Program-made: the position numbers and the translations under genes
Notes under the pieces: generated by a model
Database searches by the model: none
The model's input: the letters and a program-made list of their open reading frames with translations, nothing else
What the model was told of the DNA's origin: nothing
From: Dicyema japonicum
Lineage: Eukaryota; Animalia; Dicyemida
DNA: 64,000 bases
Direction: 5' to 3'
Assembly: GCA_011109175.1 (NCBI GenBank)
Contig: RDEW01000003.1
Span: 124,001-188,000 of the forward strand
In this document: positions 12,271 through 23,675 of the stretch, piece after piece
Numbering within the stretch: position 1 is the first letter of the stretch
How the letters are laid out: each line of letters opens with the position of its first letter

Positions 12271-13019
12271 GAAGTGGAGACGATAGTCAGATAATGCAAA
12301 GCCAATGATATGGTTATGACGACATAGCCATGATGCTTTTCAAGGAGAGTCTGATTATCTTGTTTGGTGTTTACGACCTTATATAATCTGCATGAGTGAT
12401 TTTAACAGAATTTAAGAAACTTGTTTAAATTTTCTACGCTGTAATCTTCGTCATGAATCTTTCCGTCAGCTATTAAAACATGTTTAATAACCAACCAATG
12501 TCTAGTTCTTGCTGATACAAAAATTCCCAGAAATGGACGGATAATAAGCTTGTTTAATGAAATATCAACTTTTGAATTGTTTCTTCGTTACGTTGCTATC
12601 GTGAGAGGCAAGCTGCATCCATTATAGATAAATTTACTAACTCTCGGTAAATTTTGACTTATCTGAATTAATTTAATATTTAATATTTATTTTTAAAAAT
12701 TGTTTTTTAATATGGCAAACCTTTTAATACATTAATATACTATTTGACGCATGGTTGCCACGTTGTTGTGGTTGGTTCTTTTTTATTTTATTTTTCTACT
12801 GTATTGACATATTTTTTCTTCAACTATATATATATTATTGGATTTATCAAATGGTGTCGAAAGCTGTGATCAAAATGTACAAAATATATATATTTTGATA
12901 ACCTACCGATTTGGATTATTCTCCACTGTTTGATTTTCTCCTTCTTATCACGATCTGTTTTGAAAATTTTTAAAAATTGTATTTTTTATGGAAAATATAT
13001 TTTTATTACTATTTTTTTT

Positions 13020-13690
13020 ATTAACAAAATTTTTTTTAACAATTAAACAAATGTCAGTTGAGGAAGCCTGCTGCGTGGATTGCGAACGAGTTCCCTCGGA
13101 GTATGGCTATTCCGATCTTTTGTCTTAGCCATAACCCTTCTCGTTGATCCCTTTTCTTTCTGGCAAACAATCCTCCGAGTTCTTGCAAGAATTCAGCCGT
13201 CATTGGACCAACGGCTCCCGATGATTCGGTCGCAACAGGAGTGAATCGGTAGCGATCCCCGAGGCAAGAATATTTCTTGATTTTTAGGTTTTCCGCGGTC
13301 GAAGCAGCTGCTCCAGGTGTCTGAACAGATTTAAAAATGTTCGTGCTTGAGAACGTGTCTATGCAAGTTGCGTCCCAGACCAAAGATCTTCCAGACGTGA
13401 AGGGGAAAAGGGTCATCCCGTCAGGTCTCTTCCCATCTCCTCGATCAAGACCCACTGGTTCAAGCTGTGCTGGGAAGCCTGAAGCCTTCAGAGCTCTGAC
13501 GATCACATCATTCAGAGCGGCATGACGTGGTCCCCTTCCGGCGCTTCTTCTGCAGGACAGCGGGTGCAATCCTTTCGCATCGGCATCGGTGCTCCTGGCA
13601 AACGTCTAGTCTCAGCCTTTGTCCGATTCCAATTCTCAAAGAATCGTCGTCCAAAAGGTCCCGAGGTTTGGGCAAGGTATTGCACCCATT
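13020..13690 (-). mobile_element. 5'-truncated CRE-clade element (zinc knuckle + RLE)
   Basis: HPLSCRRSAG..RHAALND..DGKRPDGMTLFPF..LVWDATCID..PVATESSG..LRGN; ~95% identical by eye to 20403-20640 over ~200 bp. Confidence 0.9.
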
Positions 13691-14399
13691 ACTATTTTGA
13701 AATTTTATTTTTTGAAGAAAATTTTTGTTATTGCGTCGAACTCGTTTTTATTTATGTCCCATGAACTTGACCAAATAGCTGTTATACGGAGTCGTTGGTT
13801 CCCATTTTCTTTTCTTGCACAATTTAGAATAACCTCCACGTTCTGCAATAATTTTAATGAGGTAGAACCATCCCTCGCTTTCGTAGATAAGTCTGGGAAG
13901 AATCACATTCCGAAAGATAAAGAGCATGGAATCAACGTCTAGCTTCAGTCTTCTAGTACAGTGCCAGCAGAGCCTTTTTCCTTCGCCCTTCGATGTCCTT
14001 CATGTATGATCCTCTTTCATCGACTGAAATCCCCAGGTATTTCAATGACGAAACTCTTGGTATACAGTATATGTTTTTTGTTTTGGAATCATTTCTCGGG
14101 TCAATTTATTTTTTTATGGAAAAATATTATGTTTTCCTGACATATTTGCACACAACATCACTGAAACTCTCCCATGGGTAGGATTTCAACAATGTAGTTT
14201 TAGTTGTATTCGCTGTCAAAATATTTTCAGTTATATTTTTTCAGAATCTGAGTTACATTCCAAATCAAGCATTTCCCTCTAGAGAAGGGGAAGACGGGCG
14301 TTTCTCATTTCCCCTACCGGTTCCAGAGACGATATTAATCAATTATTTCAGAAGGTTAACTGCTTTTTAAGTGGTTTAAAATAGTTTTGGCACAGAATG

Positions 14400-14960
14400 A
14401 GGGCATGATTCACAGGTATCACACAAAACAGCACAGTCGAAAATATGAGAACAAAGAATGGCATTAATGAGTTTATTCATACAAATGCAGCCATTAAAAA
14501 ATCTGCACTTGTTTGGTTTGATATCATCCGATGGGTGTTATTTTGCGCTTTCCGACATTCTAAATTTTGCTATTTAATTTTTATGTGAACCTCTCAACAC
14601 TCTGCGTATGTGCACCTGTCCTCGGGTCTACAAAATTTCGTCTGCAAATTTATAAACGAATTGTTTTTTCGACGAAACTGTCTTGCCTTCAAGCCACTTA
14701 CTTAAAAATAAAGTACTCTCTTATTATGCCATTTCTGACAGAACTATAAGTTCGACACCCGCTTTTATCGCACACCCATGTTGTATTCGTTGCTGATGGA
14801 GAAGGGTCATCAAATGTCTTTTAAGGCATTTCTTTCGGGAAGATTCCAACCTCCTGAAGGAAGGCAACTGACTCCATTTCAAAATGTGGTAGTTCGTAGT
14901 CCCTCAGTTTTGAATATTTTCGCATAACAACTGTATCACTCATCCCCACAAGCTGGTAAA
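14400..14960 (-). mobile_element. Internally deleted Merlin (ISXO2/IS1595-like) DNA transposon remnant
   Basis: The minus strand gives FLQEVGIFPKEMP..WVCDKSGCRTYSSVRNG and NFVDPRTGAHTQSVERF, the Merlin NFVDPxTGAHTQxIE signature. Confidence 0.65.
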
Positions 14961-15660
14961 AAATTTATAATAACATTTACAAATTTGGCATTGTTCATTT
15001 TTTTAATTTTATATCTAATGTTCAAAAAAATTTCATTTATTCATTTAGAGACTTATTTCGTGAAGCATGTGTTGCAAAAGTACTGCGCATCTCCTTCAAA
15101 TCGTCAGGGGAAATGCGTTTTCAATTATAGAGCAGCCAGCAGTTGTTAACTGTTAGTTTTTGTGTTTAAAAAAATATGGTTATATAAAAAATAAATTGGA
15201 ATTTGACTTCATATTTTATAACTTAAATCATAAATTAGGTTTTTGTTGGATTTAAGTTGTTAAAATTAAGGTTCTGTTTCAGAGAGTATAGATAAAGAAT
15301 CTTAGAACGATCGACCACAGCATATTTGGCTTCTTTGAATGATTTTTTTGATATTCCTTAATTGTTATAATTAGCTAAATGTTGGTAATCCCAAATATAA
15401 TATACTTGCTTGGCTCAAATTTGAAACCTTAGGGATCTTATGTAGGATTGCTTTAATTTGCTGCAAAAATATTACTGGTTACCATCACCTTTCATTTGTA
15501 ATCTGAAAGCTATCATGTTTAACTTACATTACGATTAGAATATTTAAGTTATTTTTCGCATTTTTTAATTTCACTAGGATGTGTGCTCAAAGATTTTATT
15601 GCCTTTTTTTAATTAATAGGTTACGGTAAAATATTTTGAATACTAGACAATAATGAATGT

Positions 15661-15699
15661 TCTAACCCAACTCTAATCCCAACCCTAACCCCCTAATCC
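15661..15699. repeat. Short degenerate (CCCTAA)n telomere-like tract
   Basis: tctaacccaactctaatcccaaccctaaccccctaatcc. Confidence 0.4.
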
Positions 15700-16199
15700 G
15701 AAATACATACAATAGCTTATGATTGGCAGCCATTCTTGAATCAACAAGTTAATCAGATTCGGAAATAATATAACATATTTTGCCATCAAAAGAAATGTTA
15801 TTGAAATTAATATAGTTAATAGATTTCTTACTTTAAACATCATTTGATTGCTTCTAGACCAAATGAATGATTCCAAGTGGACTTAATCGATGTCAAAAAA
15901 TTGAGTACTTCAAATGAAGACTAAAATGGATTTTAACTGTAATTGATATTAACATTAAATATGCTATATGCCTTTAAAATAGGAGATAAAATATTTTTAT
16001 AATTATTTTTTGTTCTCATGGTAAAGGATTATGGAATCCGTCATAAGACTTAACTGTTTTGAGATGCCTTATGAAGAACCACTGTGAAAATATCTGATTT
16101 TCTCATTCCATCTACCGATTCTAGGATCAATGAGGTCACTAATGCTTACTCGGATATGATTTTCTTTGAATAAGTTGAACATAAAAGGTCCTAGTCAAG

Positions 16200-17150
16200 C
16201 ACAATAAGCCGGACATTGTGGTAAACGATAGGGAGTCTGGCCAATTCCTTATAGAATTTGACATTACCTCTCAAGATACAAACGAGATGAGGCTGCATTT
16301 TAAAGCACCTGGGAATGCAAGGACTGAAAAGGGTTTGATGGAATCTGCATTTAAAGCACCTGGGAATGCAAGGACTGAAAGCAATAACAGACATAATTTC
16401 TGTGTCCATCAACACCTGCAGAATTCCTGCATTATGGAAAAATCCAAAATAATCCAATCTTGAAGCCCAAGAAAGATCCTTCGGATCGGGATCTTTCATG
16501 CAATTTCACTACTATCTGTAGTATCGAAAATTGTTGAACGTTTTGTATTGAAAGTAATATCGAAGTATCTTCCTTTCCCTGATTTTCAACATGGTTTTCG
16601 TCCACAATACTCAACATTAACACATCTCTCTACCCTAACCCAATATATCTCTGATGGTTTTAACAATTATAATCCTCCCAAACGGACTATCCTCGCATCG
16701 ATCGACCTAACAAAGGCGTTCGATCGAACATCAAAGCGCGTGCTAAGTAACAAAATTCTTGTATCTGGAATTCCTCCACGTCTTCAGAATTGGTTAACAA
16801 ATTTCCTCTCTGGAAGAATTGGTCGAGCTGAAATTATGTCATGTCTATCTCATTACAGACTCCTTCCAAATGGAGTTCCCCAAGGCTTTGTTTTATCATT
16901 CACTTTATTCAACATACACCTAAGCGACATTCCAATCAATTCCAAGACACTTCTACTATTGTATGCGGATGACATGATTGTTGCCTCTAAAGACATTGAC
17001 GTTAACGAAGCAACTAAGGATGTTCGGATCCACTTGAACACTTTTGAATAGTGGCTTAGAGCAAACCACCTATCCCCCTCTCCATCGAAATTCACCGTCA
17101 CTGTATTCACGTCCAACCGCCGCCAAATAAATTTTCAACCAACTTTAACG
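16200..17150 (+). mobile_element. Ingi/Vingi-like LINE reverse transcriptase fragment, with an internal 36-bp duplication (16293-16329 / 16345-16380)
   Basis: FQHGFRPQYST..GFNNYNPPKRTILASIDLTKAFD, GVPQG and YADD motifs; in-frame stop at ~17049. Confidence 0.85.
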
Positions 17151-17399
17151 CAGATATCTTCAATATGCGGTTCGGTACCACCAAATCTGTGGCAAACGTA
17201 AAATTACTTCTCAAAACTCATGTAATGAATACTACGTGTCACCAAGACGAGCTTGTGTGGGTACGAGGGAGGAGCATCGGGAAAGAATGAGGATTTTGGC
17301 GGAACGCATCGGGATCACGTGATACTTAGTTTTGGTTTTATCGTGGTCTTGGGTGTTAAATAAAATAAAAGAAGAAAATCAGCAGAGCGTCGAGAAGAC

Positions 17400-19666
17400 G
17401 GAGATTGCCTGTTTCACTAAGTGCTTGGAATAGTTTCATGCCGGATTCAAGAGATCAAGTCGATGCCCCGGGATAAACGAAAACCAACCAGGAAAATTCC
17501 TTATCGGTTTCTCAAAAAGGATATATTATCCGGATTGAATTATGCTGTGGGATACTATATCAATAGTATACCCCCGAATACAATGGAAGATATTAAGATA
17601 TTTTTATGCAACACAATGCTCATATGAAACACTACTACTGTTCACAAGGAGAGCAACTGGCTACAATCAATGAATAGAGACTTACAAAACTAAAGAATCA
17701 CGCTGAGAAAATCAGCGCACTAGTTGGGTCATCAGGAAGTCAGAAGTATGATGATTCGACGAAAGAAGCTTTGTGTGCTTATGCATACAAGAAGTCAAAA
17801 AAGGAGATCTTGAGAGAGTGTTGTGTACAAATCAATGAAGTCCAGAAAGGAATTTCGAAGAGACAATTTATGCTTTGAGCTTAAAAAAGGCGCTTTTATA
17901 GGAAAATGAGAGAGGAAGGCCGCTGCTCTGTGTACAATTTTGAGATCGAGGAATGTTCAGCTTTTTTGGAAAAAATGTGGAAGGAAAATGATAAGAAGGA
18001 TATGGGATTCTCTATATCCAAAAGGATTACTGGGGAAGAGGAGACGTATGCTGAGTTCTCGAAAGAAGGATTGTTGGAATAATCAAACTATTGCCTAATT
18101 GGAGAGCGTGCGGTGTGATGGGATCTAATGAAGTAGAAAAGGTGATAAAAGAAAAATCGACTCCTGAGTCATGGTTTTTCGCTGGTGTCACCAAAGAAAG
18201 AGGTTTGTGACTCACCGAAGGACCTTAGACCGATCACGTGAATATCTAACCTCTATAAATTGACAACAAAGTGGGTGAATAGCAAGCTGAGCAAATATAT
18301 TGAAGCATTCGATCTAATCAGTGATATCCAGTTAGGAACTCGTAGAATGTGCCAGGGCGCAAAGGATCAAGCCTTGGTCAACCAATGCATTAACAAACAG
18401 TCGGCCAATTTACGCTCGACTTGGATCGATGTAAAGAAAGCGTTCGATTCTGAGGATCATGACTTTCTGTACGATGTTTCAGAAAACTTATGGATTAATA
18501 CGTTTATAAAAAAAACTTGTGAAAATGTGGACACTTCAACTAAAATTTAGTGGAAAATTACTTGGTGTGGTGAATCTTAGAAGGGGAATATTACAGGAGA
18601 TTCTTTATCTCCACAGTTATTTGTATGATTGATCCGTTGAGTCGACTATTAATGGTAAATACCTTAAAGTGACCATGGATGCTGAGGGAAATACTCCTAC
18701 CTATGCTACTAACCACTTTGTTTATGGATGATCTCAAATTGATATCCTATGAGGATGACACAATGCTAAGAATGATGAACGAAGTTGGAAAATTTTTTGA
18801 TGCGGCTGGACTGTAGCATAATATAGACAAATCATCCACAAATTTTGATTGTGTAGCTAAAAAAGCTATGCTACTTGACGGTCTTGGAGGATATCGATAT
18901 CTTGACGTATTAGAAGACAAATATAGTAACGTCATGAAGACTAATATGATGAAGTATACTTATGCAGAAGTGGAGAATAGGATCGTGATCTTACGAAGAC
19001 TAAATTGAATAGTGTTACCTTCTTCAAGGCAATCAATGAGCATGCGACTTCTCTATATAATTATTATAGGACTCATTGAAATTGACCTGATGAGTTTGAG
19101 GCAATTGACAAGTGTATACGTAGTATACTCATAAATGGTCGGATTCACTGTAATCCTGCAAATAAAGAAAGATTGTATTTACAGCCAGATTTTCTTGGAG
19201 GAGGATTAACTTCTGTTTGTGTGTAAAAGTGAAAGAATACTTCTACATTTTACAATGACCTGCAACACAAGTCCAACAAATGTTTGGAAGAGCAGGAATC
19301 CTACAGGTCGTGAACGCAAAGAAAAATCATATGGCCACAATCGTAGGATTCCTAGCTGGAAAATACCGATTAGAGACAAGCGACTTAAATCTAAAACAAC
19401 TAAAGGATGTACAACAAATGGAGCGTTAGAAAAGATAAAAAGAAAACCTATGCATGCTATGATGTTCAATTCAACAGAAGATCAGAATGTTGATATCAAA
19501 CAATTTATCCAATGGTCAATCGCCGGGAACAACTTTCCAAGGACCGAGGGATTGCTATGCTATGTCCAGGATCGGAATGTTTTCTTCGAAGAAAATGGCG
19601 CAAAATCCAGTCATTGCAATTCAGCGAAAAAAAACAGTGGATCATCTGCCAACAAGGTGTGGAAGA
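17400..19666 (+). mobile_element. Degenerate R4/Dong-clade RLE non-LTR retrotransposon, running into the N gap
   Basis: QLGTRRMCQGAKDQAL..WIDVKKAFDS, RGILQ-DSLSP, FMDDLKL, NKERLYL..LGGGL, QDRN and the knuckle HCNSAKKTVDHLPTRC. Confidence 0.85.
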
Positions 19667-20402
19667 NNNNNNNNNNNNNNNNNNNNNNNNNNNNNNNNNN
19701 NNNNNNNNNNNNNNNNNNNNNNNNNNNNNNNNNNNNNNNNNNNNNNNNNNNNNNNNNNNNNNNNNNNNNNNNNNNNNNNNNNNNNNNNNNNNNNNNNNNN
19801 NNNNNNNNNNNNNNNNNNNNNNNNNNNNNNNNNNNNNNNNNNNNNNNNNNNNNNNNNNNNNNNNNNNNNNNNNNNNNNNNNNNNNNNNNNNNNNNNNNNN
19901 NNNNNNNNNNNNNNNNNNNNNNNNNNNNNNNNNNNNNNNNNNNNNNNNNNNNNNNNNNNNNNNNNNNNNNNNNNNNNNNNNNNNNNNNNNNNNNNNNNNN
20001 NNNNNNNNNNNNNNNNNNNNNNNNNNNNNNNNNNNNNNNNNNNNNNNNNNNNNNNNNNNNNNNNNNNNNNNNNNNNNNNNNNNNNNNNNNNNNNNNNNNN
20101 NNNNNNNNNNNNNNNNNNNNNNNNNNNNNNNNNNNNNNNNNNNNNNNNNNNNNNNNNNNNNNNNNNNNNNNNNNNNNNNNNNNNNNNNNNNNNNNNNNNN
20201 NNNNNNNNNNNNNNNNNNNNNNNNNNNNNNNNNNNNNNNNNNNNNNNNNNNNNNNNNNNNNNNNNNNNNNNNNNNNNNNNNNNNNNNNNNNNNNNNNNNN
20301 NNNNNNNNNNNNNNNNNNNNNNNNNNNNNNNNNNNNNNNNNNNNNNNNNNNNNNNNNNNNNNNNNNNNNNNNNNNNNNNNNNNNNNNNNNNNNNNNNNNN
20401 NN
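19667..20402. other. Assembly gap (736 N)
   Basis: Run of N. Confidence 1.
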
Positions 20403-20650
20403 TCGGGGATCGCTACCGATTTACTCCTGTTGCGACGAATCATCGGGAGCCATTGGTCCAATGACGGCTGAGTTCTTGCGAGAACTCGGAGGACTGCTTG
20501 CCAGAAAGAAAAGGGATCAACGAGAAGGGTTATGGCTAAGACAAAAGATTGGAATAGCCATACTCCGAGGGAACTCGTTCGCAATCCACGCAACAGGCTT
20601 CTTAAACTGACATTTGTTTAATTGTTAAAAAAATATTTTGTTTAAAAAAA
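20403..20650 (+). mobile_element. 3' end of a CRE element, same subfamily as 13020-13690
   Basis: Near-identical sequence, including the stop codon and the tgacatttgtttaattgttaaaaaaa tail. Confidence 0.9.
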
Positions 20651-21073
20651 GAAGAATTAATTAAATTGAAAAATGATGAAGAACTCAAAATCAAATTCAA
20701 AAGTGAAAACTTTTCACAGTTCTGGGGATCTAAATTAATGAAGATAAAAGTCCCGAAATTATGGAAAAAAATGACTCCAATTATTTTATGTTTTCCGACT
20801 TCATATTGCGTAGAAAGAGGATTTAGCACTCTCGGCAATGTCATCGAGAAAAAACGAAACAAAGTAAATGTACAAGAGGAGATATAAGGATTGCACTAAC
20901 GAAAAGAAATGCAAATTTAGAGACTCTTGTGAATACTCATCAATTAAAACTGATTTTTAAATAAAAAATATTTCTTAAATAATTTCTGTACGTGGTAATA
21001 ACTTTTTGACTTGTGGACTGAGGGGCGAAAAAAAATTTGCGGGGCCGATTAATAAAAAGGGTAAGAACCACTG
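20650..21073 (+). mobile_element. 3' end of a Buster/Charlie hAT (dimerisation domain + right TIR)
   Basis: FPTSYCVERGFS..KKRN motif; TIR ..taagaaccactg ending at 21073, followed by ccctagag (NNNTANNN). Confidence 0.8.
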
Positions 21074-23675
21074 CCCTAGAGAGTCTGACATTGGAGTATG
21101 AGGCAGTGCCCGGAGATGCTATATGGGCAGAGGGTTCAATTGGACAGGGCGCTCTAGAAGTTGTTTCAGCAACTAGAATCGAACCTGTCTGAGGAGGCTG
21201 ACGAACAAGCAGGCGAGGAAGTTTGCTGATTATTTAATATTAGCTTTTTTATTGTTGGTTAAATAAAGTAGGTTTATTATATTTAATCATCCAAAATGTA
21301 AGAATGTGGATTCTACGAAAGACACTCAACTAAAATATATGTCAAATTCATCTCCAATGGTTTAAATATTCTTAACTCACACGTGAGAGCCGATCTTGTC
21401 TTAGTTGATATAGAGAAGGCTTTCAAATCCCGGAAGATTCTTACCGAAAAAAATCTTCATGATGTCGATTAACAAAAAACTCAAGTAATGGTTGCCTAAC
21501 TTAATTAAAGGTCGCATGGGCTAAGTGATGACAAACAACCAAAAATTAAACGTGCGACATCTTTCAAATGGTCCCAGGTCATGCTTCTAATCAAGCCGAG
21601 GAACAGAAGAGAAGTAATACCGAAGCATTACTGAGGATTACTTTTTTATCCCATTTGCTGTTAAGACGTCAGGAATCCTTAGCCCACAAGCTGACGATCA
21701 AGTCCATTGGATCGGCTTAATGATCCAAAGGGTCACCAAGAATCCACGTGAGACTGGATGGCTTCTAGAGCGTAGATCGGTAGCTATCGTCAGAAGAAAC
21801 ATCATGACCATTCAACTCCCTGACTTTTACCATTTTTTAATAACAACATTTGACATTATTGAAAAAAACTAAAATAAAATTCTTCACGCGAACTCAAAAA
21901 TATATAAAAACATCAAACTAGCAAAAAATAACATAACTTGTGGTTCGACAATCAACAGTGATGTTGAAATCTAGATTATTTTTTTGATAAAAATTATAAT
22001 TATTCACAGTTTATTTACTTACCTCAGATCGATGCTACTAAAATCGACATGATGAGAAATGCACATGTTTCAATACCAGTAAAAATACGGCTATACAATG
22101 CTTTCGTCCTACTTATACCAGTCCATTCAAGTGAAGGAGACTGATGGCAACTCACAGAGATGTACCTGTGTGACGCAAAAAAACGAAGAATTATAATTTT
22201 TAACTTACATGTATCTCCTCAGTCCGTCATTGGTCCAAGCTTACGGAAAGAAAGAACACAAAGGCTTTTAGAGTATGTAGACAATTCGTGCAACAGAGGT
22301 ACGTTACCACCTGAACCTTCCGACTGAATCGTTTTGCATTTTTGTTTTAAATATTATTTATGATTAATTAATATTATTATATTCCCTACACGAAAATCAT
22401 TCTTTGTATACTTATTTTTTTAATTAAATTACACATTTTTTTGTTCTTCGATAGTTTAGATACGAGCCAATCTCGGTCTAAATCAGGAAGCTAAATGGAG
22501 GCTCTTTGACAAGTACTGAGAATAGACTTGGAGGCCTCAGCAGACATGGACTTATTCGTTTCTGACGCTCCTCAAGTACACCTCCCGTTGTTCACGACGG
22601 GGACCTCCAAAAGATTGGGAAACGCTCAGAAAAGTAGAGGATCGGGATGGACTACGAGAGCTTTCTTATGATAAGGGAAAGTGGAGGAAGATGACGTAAT
22701 GCCATTCGACGTAATAATAGGCATGTTTCAGGATGAAGATCTACAACGTCTTCCTTCAACAGGAAAATCCGATTTGGAGACAATATTGAAGTCTGAACTT
22801 AACTGAAAAGATGAACGTTATGCACATTTATAATATCAAGGAGTTTCTCCAATCGATTTGCACTTTGCCTATTGTCAATAGCGTCAATCTCTCACATTAC
22901 TTAGAAGTGCTGATTTGTCACAAAGGAGACCTCAAGAAGACATTGTAATGAGGAGAATATTATATGATCGTACTTTTAGATAATTACTATACAAATCAAA
23001 AACGAGACAAAAATGAATAAATCTTATTCTAATGACTATTGCCCCTTACAGTAATCATCCCCCTCTTACAGGAGTTAACTGCCAACTCTAGTCAATCGAA
23101 TCTTCTCTTCCTGGATGTCCGCAGAACCGCCACATGATAGTCCATAGTACAACTGACCATCTAAATCGCTGGGAATTGCTTTTCTCCTCTTGGGGAGTTT
23201 ACCACCGACTTATTCCCTCTCTTCACATTGGAATCAGTCATTTCTTATCTCCCAGCATTTAATGGTATATCCTCACAATTGAGACATCCCACTTCCGCAG
23301 TTAGTCTGAACAGAGATCTTCACCGTAGACCTTACCCCGTGCTTGTGTTCAGTCAAATGTCACAATGTTATTTTTTACTAAAAATTATTGGTAAATTTAC
23401 CGAATAAAAAAATTAAATTGCCTGGAAATAAATCTACCACAAAATTATGATAACATTAAAACTGATAGTCTGCTTGATTCAACAAATTGGCTAACTCTAT
23501 CGAATTACAATTTTGTTAGTTTATATTCTCCAAATTCTGATGGAATTTCAACCAGAATTTAATCAATCTTTAAAATTTTTGATACTTCAAAATCCAATTA
23601 ATCACGCAAATGAAATTGGAAAATTCCAAACGTAATAAATTTTGATATAAATAAGTGGCTGCGAATTACATTAAA

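Noticed and set aside
19219-20610. Long ORFs (319-463 aa) spanning the gap, suggesting an R4-CRE chimeric protein
   Set aside because: They are made of X residues from the N run; the two sides belong to different clades and their adjacency is unverified.
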